Part shown: positions 12,211 to 24,900 of the stretch, in pieces
Layout of the letters: every line of letters begins with the position of its first letter
Numbering within the stretch: the stretch's first letter is position 1
Assembly (NCBI GenBank): GCA_013265495.1
Contig: MU058423.1
Span: 8,293,627-8,357,626 of the forward strand
Reading direction: 5' to 3'
Origin: Vicugna vicugna
Lineage: Eukaryota
Length of the DNA: 64,000 nucleotides
Made by a program: the position numbers and the translations under genes
The notes under the pieces: generated by a model
Told to the model about the DNA's origin: nothing
What the model saw: only the letters and a program-made list of their open reading frames with translations
Database searches by the model: none

Positions 12211-13525
12211 AAAAGTACATGAATTGAAGACCTAAATGTAAGGCCAGATACAATAAAACCCCTAGGCAGAACACTCCTTGCCATAAATTGGGCAGCAATA
12301 CCTTTTTGGATCTGTCTCCTAGAGAAAAGGAAATAAAAACAAAAATAAACAAATGGGACCTAATCAAACTTAAAAGCTTTTGCAGAGCAAAAGACACCAT
12401 AAACAAAACAAAAAGACAACCTATGGAATGAGAGAAAGTATTTCCAAATGATGAAACTGGCAAAGGATTAATTTCAAGAATATACAAACAGCTCATACAG
12501 CTTAATAACAAAAAAACAAACAATTTTATCAAAAAAAAATGGGCAGAAGACCTAAACAGACAATTTTCCAAAGACATATAGATGGCCAACAGGCAAATAA
12601 AAAGATGCTTAATGTCGCTAGTTATCAGAGAAATGCAAATCAAAACTACAATGAGGTGTCACCTCACACACGTCAGAATGGCCATCATCAGAAAGCCCAC
12701 AAACGATAAACGCTGGGGAGGGTGTGGAGGAAAGGGAGCCTCCTACACTGCTGGTGGGAGTGTAAACTGGTGCAGTCATTTTGGAAAACAGTATGGAGGT
12801 TCCTTAAAAAACTAAAAAGAGACTTACCATATGATCCTGCAATCCCACTCCCGAGCATATATCCAGAAAAGATGAAAACTAATTTGAAAAGATACACGCA
12901 TCCCAGTGTTCACAGCAGCACAATTTACAATAGCCGAGACATGGAGACAGCCTAAATGTCCATGGATAGATGATTGGACAAAGAAGATGTGGTATATTTA
13001 TACATGGACTACTACTCAGTCATAAAAAAAGAATACAATAATGCCATTTGCAGCAACAGGGATGGACCCACAGATTATCATATTAAGTGAGATAAGTTAG
13101 AGAAAGACAAATATCATATGATGTACTTACACATGGAATCTAAAAAAAATAATGCAAAAGAACTTATTTACAAACAGAAATAGACTCACAGACATAAGAG
13201 AACAAACTTGCAGTTATCGAAGGGGAAATCGGGAGGTGGGAGGGAGTTAGGGGGGTTGGAGAGGGATAAGTTGAGTTTGGGATTAACATATAGACTCTAC
13301 TACATATAAAATAAACAACACGGACCTACTGTATGTCACAGGGAACTATATTCAATATCTTGCAATAACCTATAATGGAAAAGAATCTGAAAAAGTATAC
13401 GTACATACACATATATACATAAATGAATCACTTTGCTGCACACCTGAAACCAACACAACATTGTAAATCAACTATACTTCACTAAAAAAAACAAAGAAGC
13501 AATCCCACTGATAGGGAGATAAATA
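12211..13525 (+). mobile_element. 5'-truncated L1 inserted into a MIR
   Basis: ORF2p motifs ([31 protein letters not shown]), 3' UTR, A tail; MIR sequence on both sides; degenerate TSD taaaag(ta/cc)catg. Confidence 0.92.
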
Positions 13526-13688
13526 AAAGCCCATGCTTCTACTCCATTATACGGTTCCAGACAAGATGGGGTTCCAGTAGTTTTCCTGGTTAGGGGCTCA
13601 AGCTAGACGTTTTTAAAATGTGTCTAAACACACGTTTTCTTAACTTTTCCAGGTTGGCAGACATGAGTTTTACATCTTTTCTGGTTAC

Positions 13689-14018
13689 CGCTCTCATCAG
13701 CTTGTTGTGTCCATGGTTGACGTTTCAGAGCTAGCACCAGCGATGTTACTGTTTTTTAAATAAAGCCCAGTGTGCCCTTGAGGAATATGCCTTTCACCAG
13801 GGGATAATTGGTTTGGAATCTCGATGCCATTATTATTTATCATCACGTGGAGCTAATTTGCAAGGAATATGGCTTTGATGCTGGAGGACTGGCATTGCGC
13901 CAAGAAGTCATTGTTGGGGATTCTGGCTGTTTGATGTTAAGATGCAGTCCGCTGAGGAGCCGACGAGGTCTATTAATAGGAGTTCAGACACAGTGTCACA
14001 AGATTAACTATGCGGGCC
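13689..14018 (-). pseudogene. Degraded 330-nt exon (ARIVNLVTL...NDFLAQCQSSSIKAIFLAN...GFI*KTVTSLVLALKRQ)
   Basis: Strong acceptor ctctctttccAG|, donor g|GTAACC; needs a frame switch and contains several stops. Confidence 0.45.
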
Positions 14019-14984
14019 CTGGAAAGAGAGACCTGAATAACCACTCTGAGAGCTAGGAGGTGTTACTGGGCAGGACAGTGTGACCTCGACACCATGATAA
14101 GAACTCGCCAAGGCATCTGAAACATGCCAGCAGTTCCCCTGCACACCCACTGTCACCCCAGTGCACTCTTTCAGGCACTGACAGAACACAGTACATCACA
14201 ATTAGGTGTCTGTCTTTCCCACAGGATAGAGTTCCTTAGAGGCAGGGATTATGTCATTAATTCAAAACGCATTCATCCAGGGTCTCTTGCCACTGCCAGC
14301 ATCGTGTGAGGAGCCAGGAGCCTTATTCATCTTTGTACCCAGCACCTCATCCAGGGGCAGGCACATGGCAGGCGTTCAATAAGAGCTGTGGGTTAAATAT
14401 TACTCACTGGGGGGGCTAAACACAAGCACTGTGGTCACGGTCACTTGAATGTGTTGTGTCCTCAAAATTCGCTGCAATACCCGGGCTTCCTGAATTAGGA
14501 AAATCAACTTGTGGCAAATGGGACAACTGTTGAATACATTCCCATCTATCTTGCTGAAGCATTAAAGGCTGAAGCATTCCAATTGATTACATATTCTGGT
14601 TATTTAATGGTTAAGTCCATATTTGGCAATATCAATTAAAAAATAAACTCAATACCTAAACAAGACATAAATCATTCCTTGAGGATTAAAAGGCAATGTG
14701 TATCTCACAGCTGCCATTAAGGAATCATTCGCCATTGTATAAGCTCTAGCTGTACGTGGAGTTAAGAGTTTGGATTAATAAATGCTCTTCCTCTTATTAA
14801 CATTTACTTTTTATACTCAATTGATGATACATAAGTATGATGAGACCCCTAGGCTATAGTCCATCATTTAAAAACCATTAATGGAAAAAAGAGAACCCTG
14901 TACTAAATAAGAGTTCTTTGTGAAGGCAACAGAAACTAACTCTAACTAAATTAAACATAAAAAGAAATCTAACTGAAAGATAAT

Positions 14985-16125
14985 TACAAACAATAAAATG
15001 AAATAACAACAAACTGAAAATGCAAACTAATTAATGGGAGAAAATATTTGCAAATTATCTATCTGATAAGAGGTTAATATTCGAAACATACAAAGAACTC
15101 ATACAGCTCATACAGCCTGATCAAAAAATGGCTAAAACATCTGCATAGACATTTTCCCAAAGAAGACATAGAGATGGCCAACAGGTGTATGAAAAGAAAG
15201 CTCAGTATCACTAAGCATTAGGGAAAAGCAAATCAAAACCACAGGGAGATATCACCTCCCACCTGTGAGAATGGCTATTATCAAAAAGATGACAAATGAC
15301 AAGTGTCGGCCAGAACGTAGAGAAGAGGGAACCCTTGTGCATTGTTGGTGGGAATGTAAATTGGTGCAACCACAATGGAAAACTTCTGCAAAAAATTAAA
15401 AATAGAACTACCATATGAACCAGCAATTCCACTTCTGGATATTTACCTGAAGAAAACAAAAATACTAAATCGAAAAGATATATTCACCCTCATGTTCATT
15501 GCAGCATTATTTACATTAGCCAAGAAAGACAGGGAAACAGTTTAATTGCCCATCAGTGGATGAATGGATAAAGAAAATGTGATATATATTGTGACATATC
15601 CATAAAAAGGAAGGAAATCTTGCTGTTTATGACAATACGCATGTACCTCAAAGGCATTATGTTCAGTGAAATAAGTCAGACAGTGACAAATACTATATGA
15701 TCTGATTTATAAGTGGACTCTAAACAAAAACAAAAACAGAAAAACAAAAAAAAAACCAAGCTCATAGGTACAGAGAACAGATCAGTGTTTGTCAGAGGCA
15801 GGTGTGGGAGGGGATGGGAGAAATGATTCAACTGAAAGAGCTCAACAAGTACAAACTTCATAAAATAAATAAGTCATGGGGGTGTGATATACAGGATGGT
15901 GACTATAGCTAATAATACTGTATTGCATGTTTGAAAGTTGCTAAGAGAGTAGATCTCAAAAGTTCTCATCACAAGGAAAAAGTGTTTTTGTAACAATGCA
16001 AGGTGATGGATGTTCACTAGACTTATCCTGCTGATTATTTTGCAGTGTATACAATATTGCATCATGTTGTACATGTGAACTAATACAATGTTACATGTCA
16101 GTAACATCTCAACTTTTTAAAAATC
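14985..16125 (+). mobile_element. 5'-truncated L1 (L1MA-like)
   Basis: ORF2 C-terminal and 3' UTR motifs. Confidence 0.85.
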
Positions 16126-16491
16126 AGGGGAAAAAAGAAAGATAATGAATAGCTCTTAAAAGGGAAGGTTGGAAGCCCGCGTTCAGAAACAAATTATGGG
16201 AACCAAGGAAGGTTAGGCAACAGAAAACACAACAGAGGTCGTACTGGATTTGCTGCCATTGGACCCTGACTTCCCCTGCCTTACTGTAAAGTAAGTGGTC
16301 TCTGTGACATGGAGCTGGAGCACACATGTGCTGAATAAGGTCAGAACATCAGCCCAGATGCCAAGGCGTGGGGTAAGGGGGGAGCAGACTCTTTGAGCTT
16401 CTGCAGCAACAATTTGGGCTCTGCCTCCCATAAGCCTTCTCCACTGAGGAAGTCAAAAAAAGTAATGTCCATTATGTAGTCTGGGCAGCCA

Positions 16492-16965
16492 CAAAAAATA
16501 ATAAGATAATGCCATTTGCAGCAATATGGATGGACCTAGAGATTGTCATTCTAAGTGAAGTAAGCCAGAAAGAGAAAGAAAAATACCATATGATAACATT
16601 TATATGTGGAATCTAAAAAAAAGACAAATGAACTTATTTACAAAACAGAAACAGACTCACAAACATAGAAAACAAACTTGTGGTTACTGGGTGGGAGGTG
16701 GGAAGGGATAAATGAGGAGTTTGAGATTGGCAGATACTAACTACTATATATAAAATAGATAAACAACAAGTTTATACTGTACAGCACAGGGAACTATATT
16801 CAATATCTTGTAGTAACCTATAATGAAAAAGAATATGAAAGCGAATATCTGTATGTATATGTATGACTGAAACATTGTGCTGTACACTAGAAACTGACAC
16901 AACATTGTAAACTGACTATACTTCAATAAAAAAGAAATAAATTAATTAAATAAAACAAATTCAAG
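16492..16965 (+). mobile_element. Young L1 3' end
   Basis: ataatgccatttgcagca...gactatacttcaataaaaa, near-identical to the copies at 22.3, 33.2 and 52.2 kb. Confidence 0.9.
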
Positions 16966-17050
16966 TTATATTGTTTGTTGTAACACCTAATTACTTTTTT
17001 TAAAAGTACAAACATAAGACACAATAGGACAAAAATAGATGTCTTCAGGG

Positions 17051-17533
17051 TATGGTAGGCTGAATAATGAATCTCCACCAAAGATGTCCGCATTCTAATC
17101 CTTGAAACTTCTGAATATGGTGCTTATATGGCAAAGGACTCTGCAGGTGCGATTAAGTTGAGGCTTTTGAGATGCGGAAACTAACATGGATCACCACAGT
17201 GGGTCCAATGTAATCAGATGGGTCTGTATAAGAAGGAGTGGAGGGATCGGAGGCAGCACAGGGATATGTGATCGCTGGAAGTAAGAGGCTGGAGAGATGT
17301 GAGTTAAGAGGCTGGGAGCCGGGGAAAGCAGGCAGCCTTTAGAAGCAGGAAAAAGCAGGAAACATTCTCCCCTAGAGCTTTCAGAAAGAACTGATCCTGC
17401 TGACACCTTGATTTTAGCTCCAAAAGACCCAATTTTGGACTTCTGGCATATGGAATTGTAAGAGAATAAATTGCGTTGGTCTAAGCCATTGAGTCTGTGG
17501 TGACTTCTCGCAGAAGCTGTGGGAAACTAATGC
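17051..17533 (+). mobile_element. MaLR solo LTR (MLT1C/D-like)
   Basis: ggtaggctgaataatg...aaagatgtcc start; ttctcccctagagc; gaaactaat end. Confidence 0.8.
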
Positions 17534-18682
17534 AAGGGGGAAAGGGGAAACCCTAGCTATTCAAACTTTCTAGGAAAAAGCAGAATTCAGAAAAATAGGA
17601 GAGTCCAGAAAAGGGAAGCTAGAACACAAAGCCACTTCATCTTCATTGCTGGCAGTTCCTCAGTACTGTGAGTGCACCTATGGCTTCCTTTACTTTATAC
17701 TATCAGCCGAATTCTTTGAAAATGGAATTAATATGGTGGTTTTTCAGACACAACTCAAGAGCCCATATGTTGCTATGATTGAGGAGTTTGCCTACCAGGC
17801 ATACGAGAAAGAGGGTATCTCTATTAACAAATAAACGATGACAAAAATTAGGGGGAAAATGCTATTCACTGTGCTTAATTGTCACCTGGCTTTGATGAAG
17901 TTTTTAATATGATGAAACTTCCTTTACAGTGGTTGAGCTCATAGAATGTACTAGTTTGAGCATGTAGGATAAACCAAACAAGAAGGATAAATACTTACAT
18001 TTCATATATTTTTAAATAACTCAAAAAGCCATAGAAATTAAAAATGAAATTCAACCATTCAAGAGATATGGTCTTTTTAAAAGTATGTTTTACAATATGT
18101 GTAGTTTAAAACAAATTGGATTTAGAGAACTATTCTGAAGAAAGAAGACTTCTCACTCTATTATAAAATTTCTTCCCTTTTCTCTCCTTGGCAATCATTA
18201 AAAATTGTTCCCATCCATAAGAATTCCTACTCATCTTAAGATAGCCAGCTTCTATACCCCCATCTTCTCAAGTAGAAGCCTGTAAATCTGATTTTTTATC
18301 CAGTGTGATATCAAAACACTTTATCAAAATTAGTTGGGTCACTGAAGGTAAAATATAATTCTGGTTGCCAGTTGCCTCCCTCATTTGCCCATGTGTCCTG
18401 GTTATGAATAAAGATATGTAGACAGTCTTTTCCCACCTATGCTAGTTGAGTTAAGAGTAAACACTTTCATACTTAAAATAATCTTCTCACTGCAGTGAAA
18501 TGACATTAGAGAGCTTAGCTCTTTTAAAGAATGAAAGGCATATGAGTGGTATAGTTGTATCATATGAAATGAAAATATTCAGCAATTTTGAAAGAAAAAG
18601 AACAAATTGATAAGAAATATTCTTAATTTTACATTAATCAATTTGTTTTTTGTGTAAAAACTAATTCCAATTTTGTGCTTTC

Positions 18683-18779
18683 CTATCTATAACGGGCAGG
18701 TGAGATGGAGCACGTTCGTGTTGCTGTTCGTTGAGTTTAACAAGTGTATATCCTCTTCTTTCAGAAACAAATTGGACGG
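18683..18779 (-). pseudogene. 97-nt exon VQFVSERRGYTLVKLNEQQHERAPSHLPVID(R), donor apparently mutated
   Basis: Good acceptor tttttctttgaatcAG|; open frame; the phase-compatible end reads ag|GAAAGC instead of GT. Confidence 0.5.
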
Positions 18780-19511
18780 CTGATTCAAAGAAAAAAATTA
18801 AGTTACATTTGATTGCCTAAGTCACGTAAAACTCATAGACTTATACAGTTGCTTTAAAAAGTCAAAGCCCTAGTGTTAGTCTCCCCAAATTGTAAACTAG
18901 CAAAAGCACCGAATCACATCATTGATAAAAGTCAGACTTTACAAAGAATAAAACGATTGTTCTCATTTCTCTGAGCAAACTTCACTGAAATAATGTTTTG
19001 ACTTTTAGCAAATCTTGAAAGCAAGAGCTTAGCTTTCATGGAATTATTACATATTGATATATTTCAATGCAGTGAAAATGATTATTTTCTATGGTAGTGA
19101 GGTTAACAATTTATATTTTCATGTGATTCAACAGACTTGAATTTCCTAGTATTAGGAGCAACCTCTGGCTATGCTGATTCTTGCTGCCCAGAGTTGAGAA
19201 TTAATCTCTGTTCCAAAATCAACTAGCTGCAGGCAGGTAGTATAGAGTAGGAGCAGCAAGGACTCGAGTTCGATCTTGAACATTCACTCTGCAATGACTT
19301 ATCTCTTATCAATCCTCTCCCTCAATCCTGCCCTCTGTGTTCCTTGGCTACTGGCGTGCATCGGGACCTTCCAGAGAGACAAGGTACTACTGCCCTCCCT
19401 GACTTTTAGCACCATTGCCACCCCATCCTCCTTTATGTAGCTTTTGGGGCTATCACAGAGGTCTGCAGAAGACCCATTTTAAGTAGAGTAACTTTCAGCA
19501 CTTAATCAGGG

Positions 19512-19909
19512 TATTATGGCCTGAATTGTGTCCCCCCAAAATCCACATGTTGAATTCCTAACTCTTGGTTCCTCCGAATGTGACTGTACTTGGAGATAAG
19601 ATCTTAAGAGATAATTCAATTCAAATGAGGCCCTCAGGGTGGATCTTAGTCTAATCTGACTGGTGCTCTTATAAGAAGAGGCAATGAGAACGCAGGGAGA
19701 GACACCAGCGATGCACCCCACGGAGAAAAGACCTTGCGAGGAGACAGGAGGCCATCTGCAAGCCAAGGAGAGAGGCTTCAGGAAAAAACAGACCTGTCAA
19801 CACCTTGCTCTTGGACAGCCAGCCTCCAGAACGGTAAGAAAATTAATTTCTGTTGACTGAGCAACTCAGTCTCTGGTATTTTGTAATAGCGGCCCTAGAA
19901 AACTTACAC
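19512..19909 (+). mobile_element. MaLR solo LTR (MLT1A/B-like)
   Basis: tatggcctgaattgtgtccccccaaaat start; ccatctgcaagccaaggagagagg; ggtattttgtaatagc end. Confidence 0.82.
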
Positions 19910-20712
19910 AATGGGAAACTTTTGAGAGTGGTCAAAGGGTAGCTATCAGTAAATATGCAGAGACAGCGAGTCAAATTGGAATTGTTCTGCACAAATCAGG
20001 ACAAATATTCAAACTAATGTTAAGCTGCTAGGATAGCCCGCCCCAAGGGGAGGACGGGAGGAAGCAAGTGGAAGGTATTCCAGGCTAAGGGCGCTCTTGA
20101 GCATCAAACATCCTGGGCACGTTTAAAAAAGTGTCATAATGAGATCAATGTTTTAAAAAGTCACTCTGGTAGCATGTGGTAGAGGGACTGTCAAGTATGG
20201 AAGGAGACTGGAGCAGGAGGCTATCATAAAGGCCTTGAAAAAAGATAATGACAGCTTGTCTGAAATAAGGGAGTTACAGAGGGGTTGGTGGTGGTGGGGG
20301 GAGACAGATGCAAGGAATACTCAGAAAGCAGAACTAATGGGACCTGGTCACAGAGTATGCACAGGGGACAAGAGGGGGTTCAAGAAAAACTTTGATGTGG
20401 TTTACTTAGTCAATGGAGATGCCATTTACTGAGACAGGAAGTAAGGAGAAAGATCAAGTTTGGAGAGGAACCTATAGGCTCTTTCTAAAATAGTGAATAG
20501 CGGCCCTGGGTATATAATTTTTAGGTTCCAGTTCTAGACTCTGGGGTATAATAAAGTTAGAGTTGACTGTAATTAGTGATTTGCAATACTTGTTAAAAGT
20601 GGAATAAATCTCTAACTCTTGTTTGAAAAGATCAGTCAATTTAAATAATCACTTTAAAAGGTATAAAATATGACTCTCTATTTCTCAAAATTACTTCTAT
20701 CCATAGTTGACC

Positions 20713-21081
20713 TCTCCTTTCTTTAGTATTCTCTTCATCCTTGGCTCCATTAAAAGCATGACCCTGGTCCTCCTCTTGTTTCTCTGCATGCCCTTCTCTG
20801 TCTCTCACTGGTTTTTCTGATATTCCAACATCCTCAAAGGAAACCATTCCTCTACTCTCTGTCATCATCCTTTGTTTCTTCTGCCCTTTCTACCAGACCA
20901 TCTTATCCACACCTGTCTGTGATGGTCCTCTCTGTGCAGGAGGCTCTGAGAATGGATCTTCAAATGACTGATGTTTGTTTCAGCCCAGATGCCTATCTAG
21001 CAACTCAGTCTCACCATGTCCCCAAACAAACTCACCATCTTTCCTCAGGTTGCCTTCCCTGGTTTTGTGAGTAGCATCATA
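20713..21081 (+). repeat. Left arm of inverted duplication (L2-derived)
   Basis: Reverse complement aligns with 24302-24846, including long exact runs. Confidence 0.92.
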
Positions 21082-22326
21082 ATAGTAATGATAACTCTTA
21101 TATTTAAACATCTTATTCCTTACTTAGAAATGATGAGAACACTTCCCCTCACTGGGAAATGGATGTAGTCTATCCATGCTCAGTGAAGACAGTGATTGGC
21201 CATGTCAAGTCTTAGCTGCTTGGGAGGCAGGAAGACTTGGTCTGTCAAATTTGAAACTTGTTGGGTGATCAGTCATTGAGATCTTCCCCCTTTTATGAGT
21301 CATCAGTTTTCAGTAACTTTATCAACGGTCTTTGATTCATTCAGTAACTTTATCAATGAGTCATCCATTGATTCATTCAATAATTAGATGTAATGAGCCT
21401 GTCTGCTACCTGGAAGGCACTGGGAGTTCTGGGGGACACAAAATTAGAGATATGACTGTTGTCCTCAAGTTACTCAGCTTCTCAAAAGGGAACCAACAAG
21501 AACATCATTGATTTCAGACAGTGTGTACTTGCCTCAGTAGAACTATGCACAGGGAGCTCTAGAAAATCCTTAGATAAGAAGCAGGCTTACTTTTTACTAC
21601 CCCAGGCATACCACATAGTCATATTTTAAAGAACAAGCTCATAAATCTTCGTATTTCTCAGTGGGAAGGTAATGATAATGTCTAAAGTTGATTAATTAAG
21701 AAATAATGACATAGACATATTTACAGATTTGGAGCTCACCACTAGAAGAACAAAGAATAGGAAAAGTTTCAAGTGATTGCCCTGGGAAAGTAACTGGCAG
21801 TGGGGAGAGGTGGAGCAGGGGATTGTTGCCTTTCCTTATCCATCCTTTCATTTTATCCTTCTACCATATGTATGTACTTGATAAAAATGAGAAGAATAAA
21901 AAACCAGTTTAGCTTTTTCTCTTCAGTCCTCTCTTCCACCCATGGCTTTCACAACCAGCCCTCAATTTTTGGAATGGAGAACACACTGATTCAGGAGCTC
22001 CCTGGTCAACTGTTTACACTTCTATTCATTTCAACATATTTATTGACTGATCACTACATGTCAAGCATGGGGGATGTGATGGTGGGCAAGAAGGACGTGG
22101 TCCTTACTCTTTTGGAGCTTACATTGGTGGGAAGGATGAGTATAAACAAGCTGCTGTTTAATTTTGATCTCCTCTCCCTTTCTGTGTAGTCAGCTGAGTA
22201 GTATGATAGGCAGTACCACCAAGCAGTCATCTGAAGTGTGAGCAGTTAGGAAGATTTGAACCCACAAATGGAGCACCTACCATCATGCTGGAAGAGAAGC
22301 CACGAGGATATAATCACAAGCACTGA

Positions 22327-22876
22327 TTTTTTTTTTGAAGTACAGTTACAATGTGTCAATTTCTGGTGTACACATAATGTCCCAGTCATGCCTATGTTCG
22401 TTTTCATATTCTTTGTCATTAAAGGTTATTATAAGATATTGAATATAGTTCCCCATGCTAGACAGAAGAAATTTGTTTTTTTATCTATTGTTATATATAG
22501 TGGTTAACATTTGCAAATCTCAAACATCCAAATTTATCCCTTCCCACCCCCTTTTCCCCTAGTAGCCATAAAATTGCTTACTATGTCTGCAAGTTTGTTT
22601 CTGTTTTGTAGATGTGTTCATTAGTGTCCTCTTTTTTCTTTTTTCTTTTTCAGATTTCATATATGAATGATATAATATGGCATTTTTCTTTCTCTTTCTG
22701 GCTTACTTCACTTAGAATGACAATCTCCAGGTTCATCCATGTTGCTGCAAATGTCACTATTTGATTCTTCTTTATCACTGAGTAGTATTCCATTGTATAA
22801 ATATACCACAACTTCTTTATCCAGTCATCTGTAGATGGACATTTAGGTTGCTTCCATGTCTTGGCTGTTGTATATA
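22327..22876 (-). mobile_element. Young L1 3' end
   Basis: [42 protein letters not shown] at 22316-22326 and 22877-22887. Confidence 0.92.
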
Positions 22877-23572
22877 ACAAGCACTGAATTATTTAACAGG
22901 AATATGCACAGTTAACAGTTTCCTGCCTCTGTGGATGGAATCCATGCACAAATAGAGTGGAGTATTTAAGGGTGCAAGCTCTGGAGCCAGACTTCCTGGG
23001 TCAGAATTCCAGTTCTTCTACTTGTGAGCTGGAAGGATGATTCCAAATAAGTTACTAAACTTTGATGAGCTACAATTCTTCATCTCTGTAAGGAGGATAA
23101 TAATAGTAGCTACCTCATGGCTGTAAGGATTCACTTACCTGAAGCACTTAGAAAAGTGGCTGGCAGGGTAAATGCCCAATAAAGGTAACATTATTATTGG
23201 GTACCCCTACATATTTTAAATAATTAAAAGAATGATAGTGATTAATATTTTTTATCTATGTGTAAACTGATTTTTAAATTTAGAATTCAGCATTCTTATC
23301 AGAATATATGTAACTACTTGTGTGTATAGGGACATGAATGCACAGAGACAGATCTGGAAAGACACACATGATGTGGCTGATGGTAATTCCCTTTTTAGAG
23401 AACTAGACTGGAATTGGTCAAGAGACCTTTAGCACTTTACCAACTGTTTCATTTCCTTTTTATGATGGAAATGCATTCATGGATTTAAAACTAATTTTTA
23501 AAAGGTAAGAAAATGTGTCCTACTAAAAAAACACTGGCACTCAGTTGGAGATGTAAAAGAAGGTATATTTAC

Positions 23573-23756
23573 ATCCAGATAACATTTCTACATTCATTGA
23601 TTGAAAACTCAGTTTGTCCTGGCACTGCACTCGGTTCTTCAGTGTATGGAAAGTATATGTAGCCTTATCCAATCCCTTACAAAGGCCCATTTCCATTATT
23701 TTGTAGCTGGTATGACATGAATTCGAGCTGGACTTTGTCGAATGAAGGAGTTTCAA
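23573..23756 (-). pseudogene. 184-nt exon LKLLHSTK...MEMGLCKGLDKATYTFHTLKNRV...MLSG
   Basis: Open frame (ORF track 23541..23756); weak acceptor atactccAG|, donor t|GTAAAT; phase 0 in and phase 1 out fit neighbours. Confidence 0.45.
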
Positions 23757-23769
23757 CTGGAGTATCTAA

Positions 23770-24900
23770 TCACGGCAGGTAGTGCAAGCAAAAGTATGGG
23801 GGTAGGGAGTGTGAGAAATGTCCAGGAAAGAGCAAGTTGTTGAGTTTGGGCAGATGACAGGGTAAAGAGAGTGGTGAGACAGACCTGGAGAGGTAGACTG
23901 GATTCAGTACACAGAGAGCCTCAAATTTAGGGGGAAGGCATGTGGCTTTATTTCTTCAAATGGGAATCACTGAAGAATTTAGAGTAGAGGAGTAGCACAA
24001 TGTCTTAAGAAGAATATTTCTGTAGCAGTATGTAGGGTGGACTCAAGTAAGCTTCTTTATGGAATTTAAAATGAATCATTTTAGAGAGGATGAGGGCTTG
24101 ACCCAGTTGGCAGTAGGGAGAGTAGGGAAAAGAGATAAATGCAAATAACATGTGAGCAATAAGACAGACTATTGGTTGGCTGGAGAAGTCCAAATATTGG
24201 CAAGAAATATAGAGAAGAGAGATTTGTAGGCTATTTCAAAGTTTTCACGAGTACCTTTTTAGTAAAATAATAATAATAATAAGTAGATGTAGGGTTACCC
24301 AATGATGCCATCCACAAAAGCAGGAAAGTCACCAGGAAGGCAATCTTAGGAAAGATGGTGAGTTTGTTTGGGGACACGTTGAGACTGAATTGCTAGATAG
24401 GCATCTGGGCTGAAACAAACATCAGTCATTTGAAGATCCTTCTGCACAGAGAGGACCATCAAAGATGTAGATATGGATAAGGTGGCCTGGTATGGTCTGG
24501 TAGAAAGGGCAGAAGAAATAAAGGATGATGACAGAGAGTAGAGGAATGGTTTCCTTTGAGGACTGGGCTGAAACAAACATCAGTCATTTGAAGATCCTTC
24601 TGCACAGAGAGGACCATCAAAGATGTAGATATGGATAAGGTGGCCTGGTAGAAAGGGCAGAAGAAGCTAAGGATGATGACAGAGAGTAGAGGAATGGCTT
24701 CCTTTGAAGATGTTGGAATATTAGAAAAACTAGTGAGAGACGGAGAAGGTCACACAGGGAGGCAAGAGGAGGACCAGGGTCATGACTTTAATGGAGCCAA
24801 GGAAGAAGATAAATCTAAAAAATAAAAAAATAAATAAATAAAAGGAGCATTCACCAGTATCAATGTAGCTAAAGGGTTAGGAAAATAAGGACTGAGGGGG
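23770..24900 (-). mobile_element. L2 fragment containing the right arm of the inverted duplication
   Basis: Purine-rich antisense L2 motifs (gagaggatgagggcttgacc, gatggtgagtttgtttggggacacgttgag). Confidence 0.6.
24405..24650. repeat. 88-bp perfect direct repeat (24405-24492, 24563-24650) flanking a 70-bp insert
   Basis: Direct base-by-base comparison. Confidence 0.95.

Noticed and set aside
12209..12955. ORFs with recognisable protein motifs ([22 protein letters not shown]), also at 5932, 22650, 51189-52116 and 53715
   Set aside because: Fragments or antisense frames of truncated L1 ORF2, not host genes.
17646..17834. Plus-strand ORF ...TQLKSPYVAMIEEFAYQAYEKEG
   Set aside because: Weak donor, no partner exons found, no recognisable family.
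17999..18134. Minus-strand AG...GTAAGT segment between relic exons
   Set aside because: Stops in all frames near its start, very AT-rich and not needed for phase continuity; cannot be excluded as a decayed exon.
24405..24710. Repeat-spacer-repeat resembling a CRISPR or LTR-flanked unit
   Set aside because: Mammalian DNA, only two 88-bp units, and the insert is a copy of nearby sequence.
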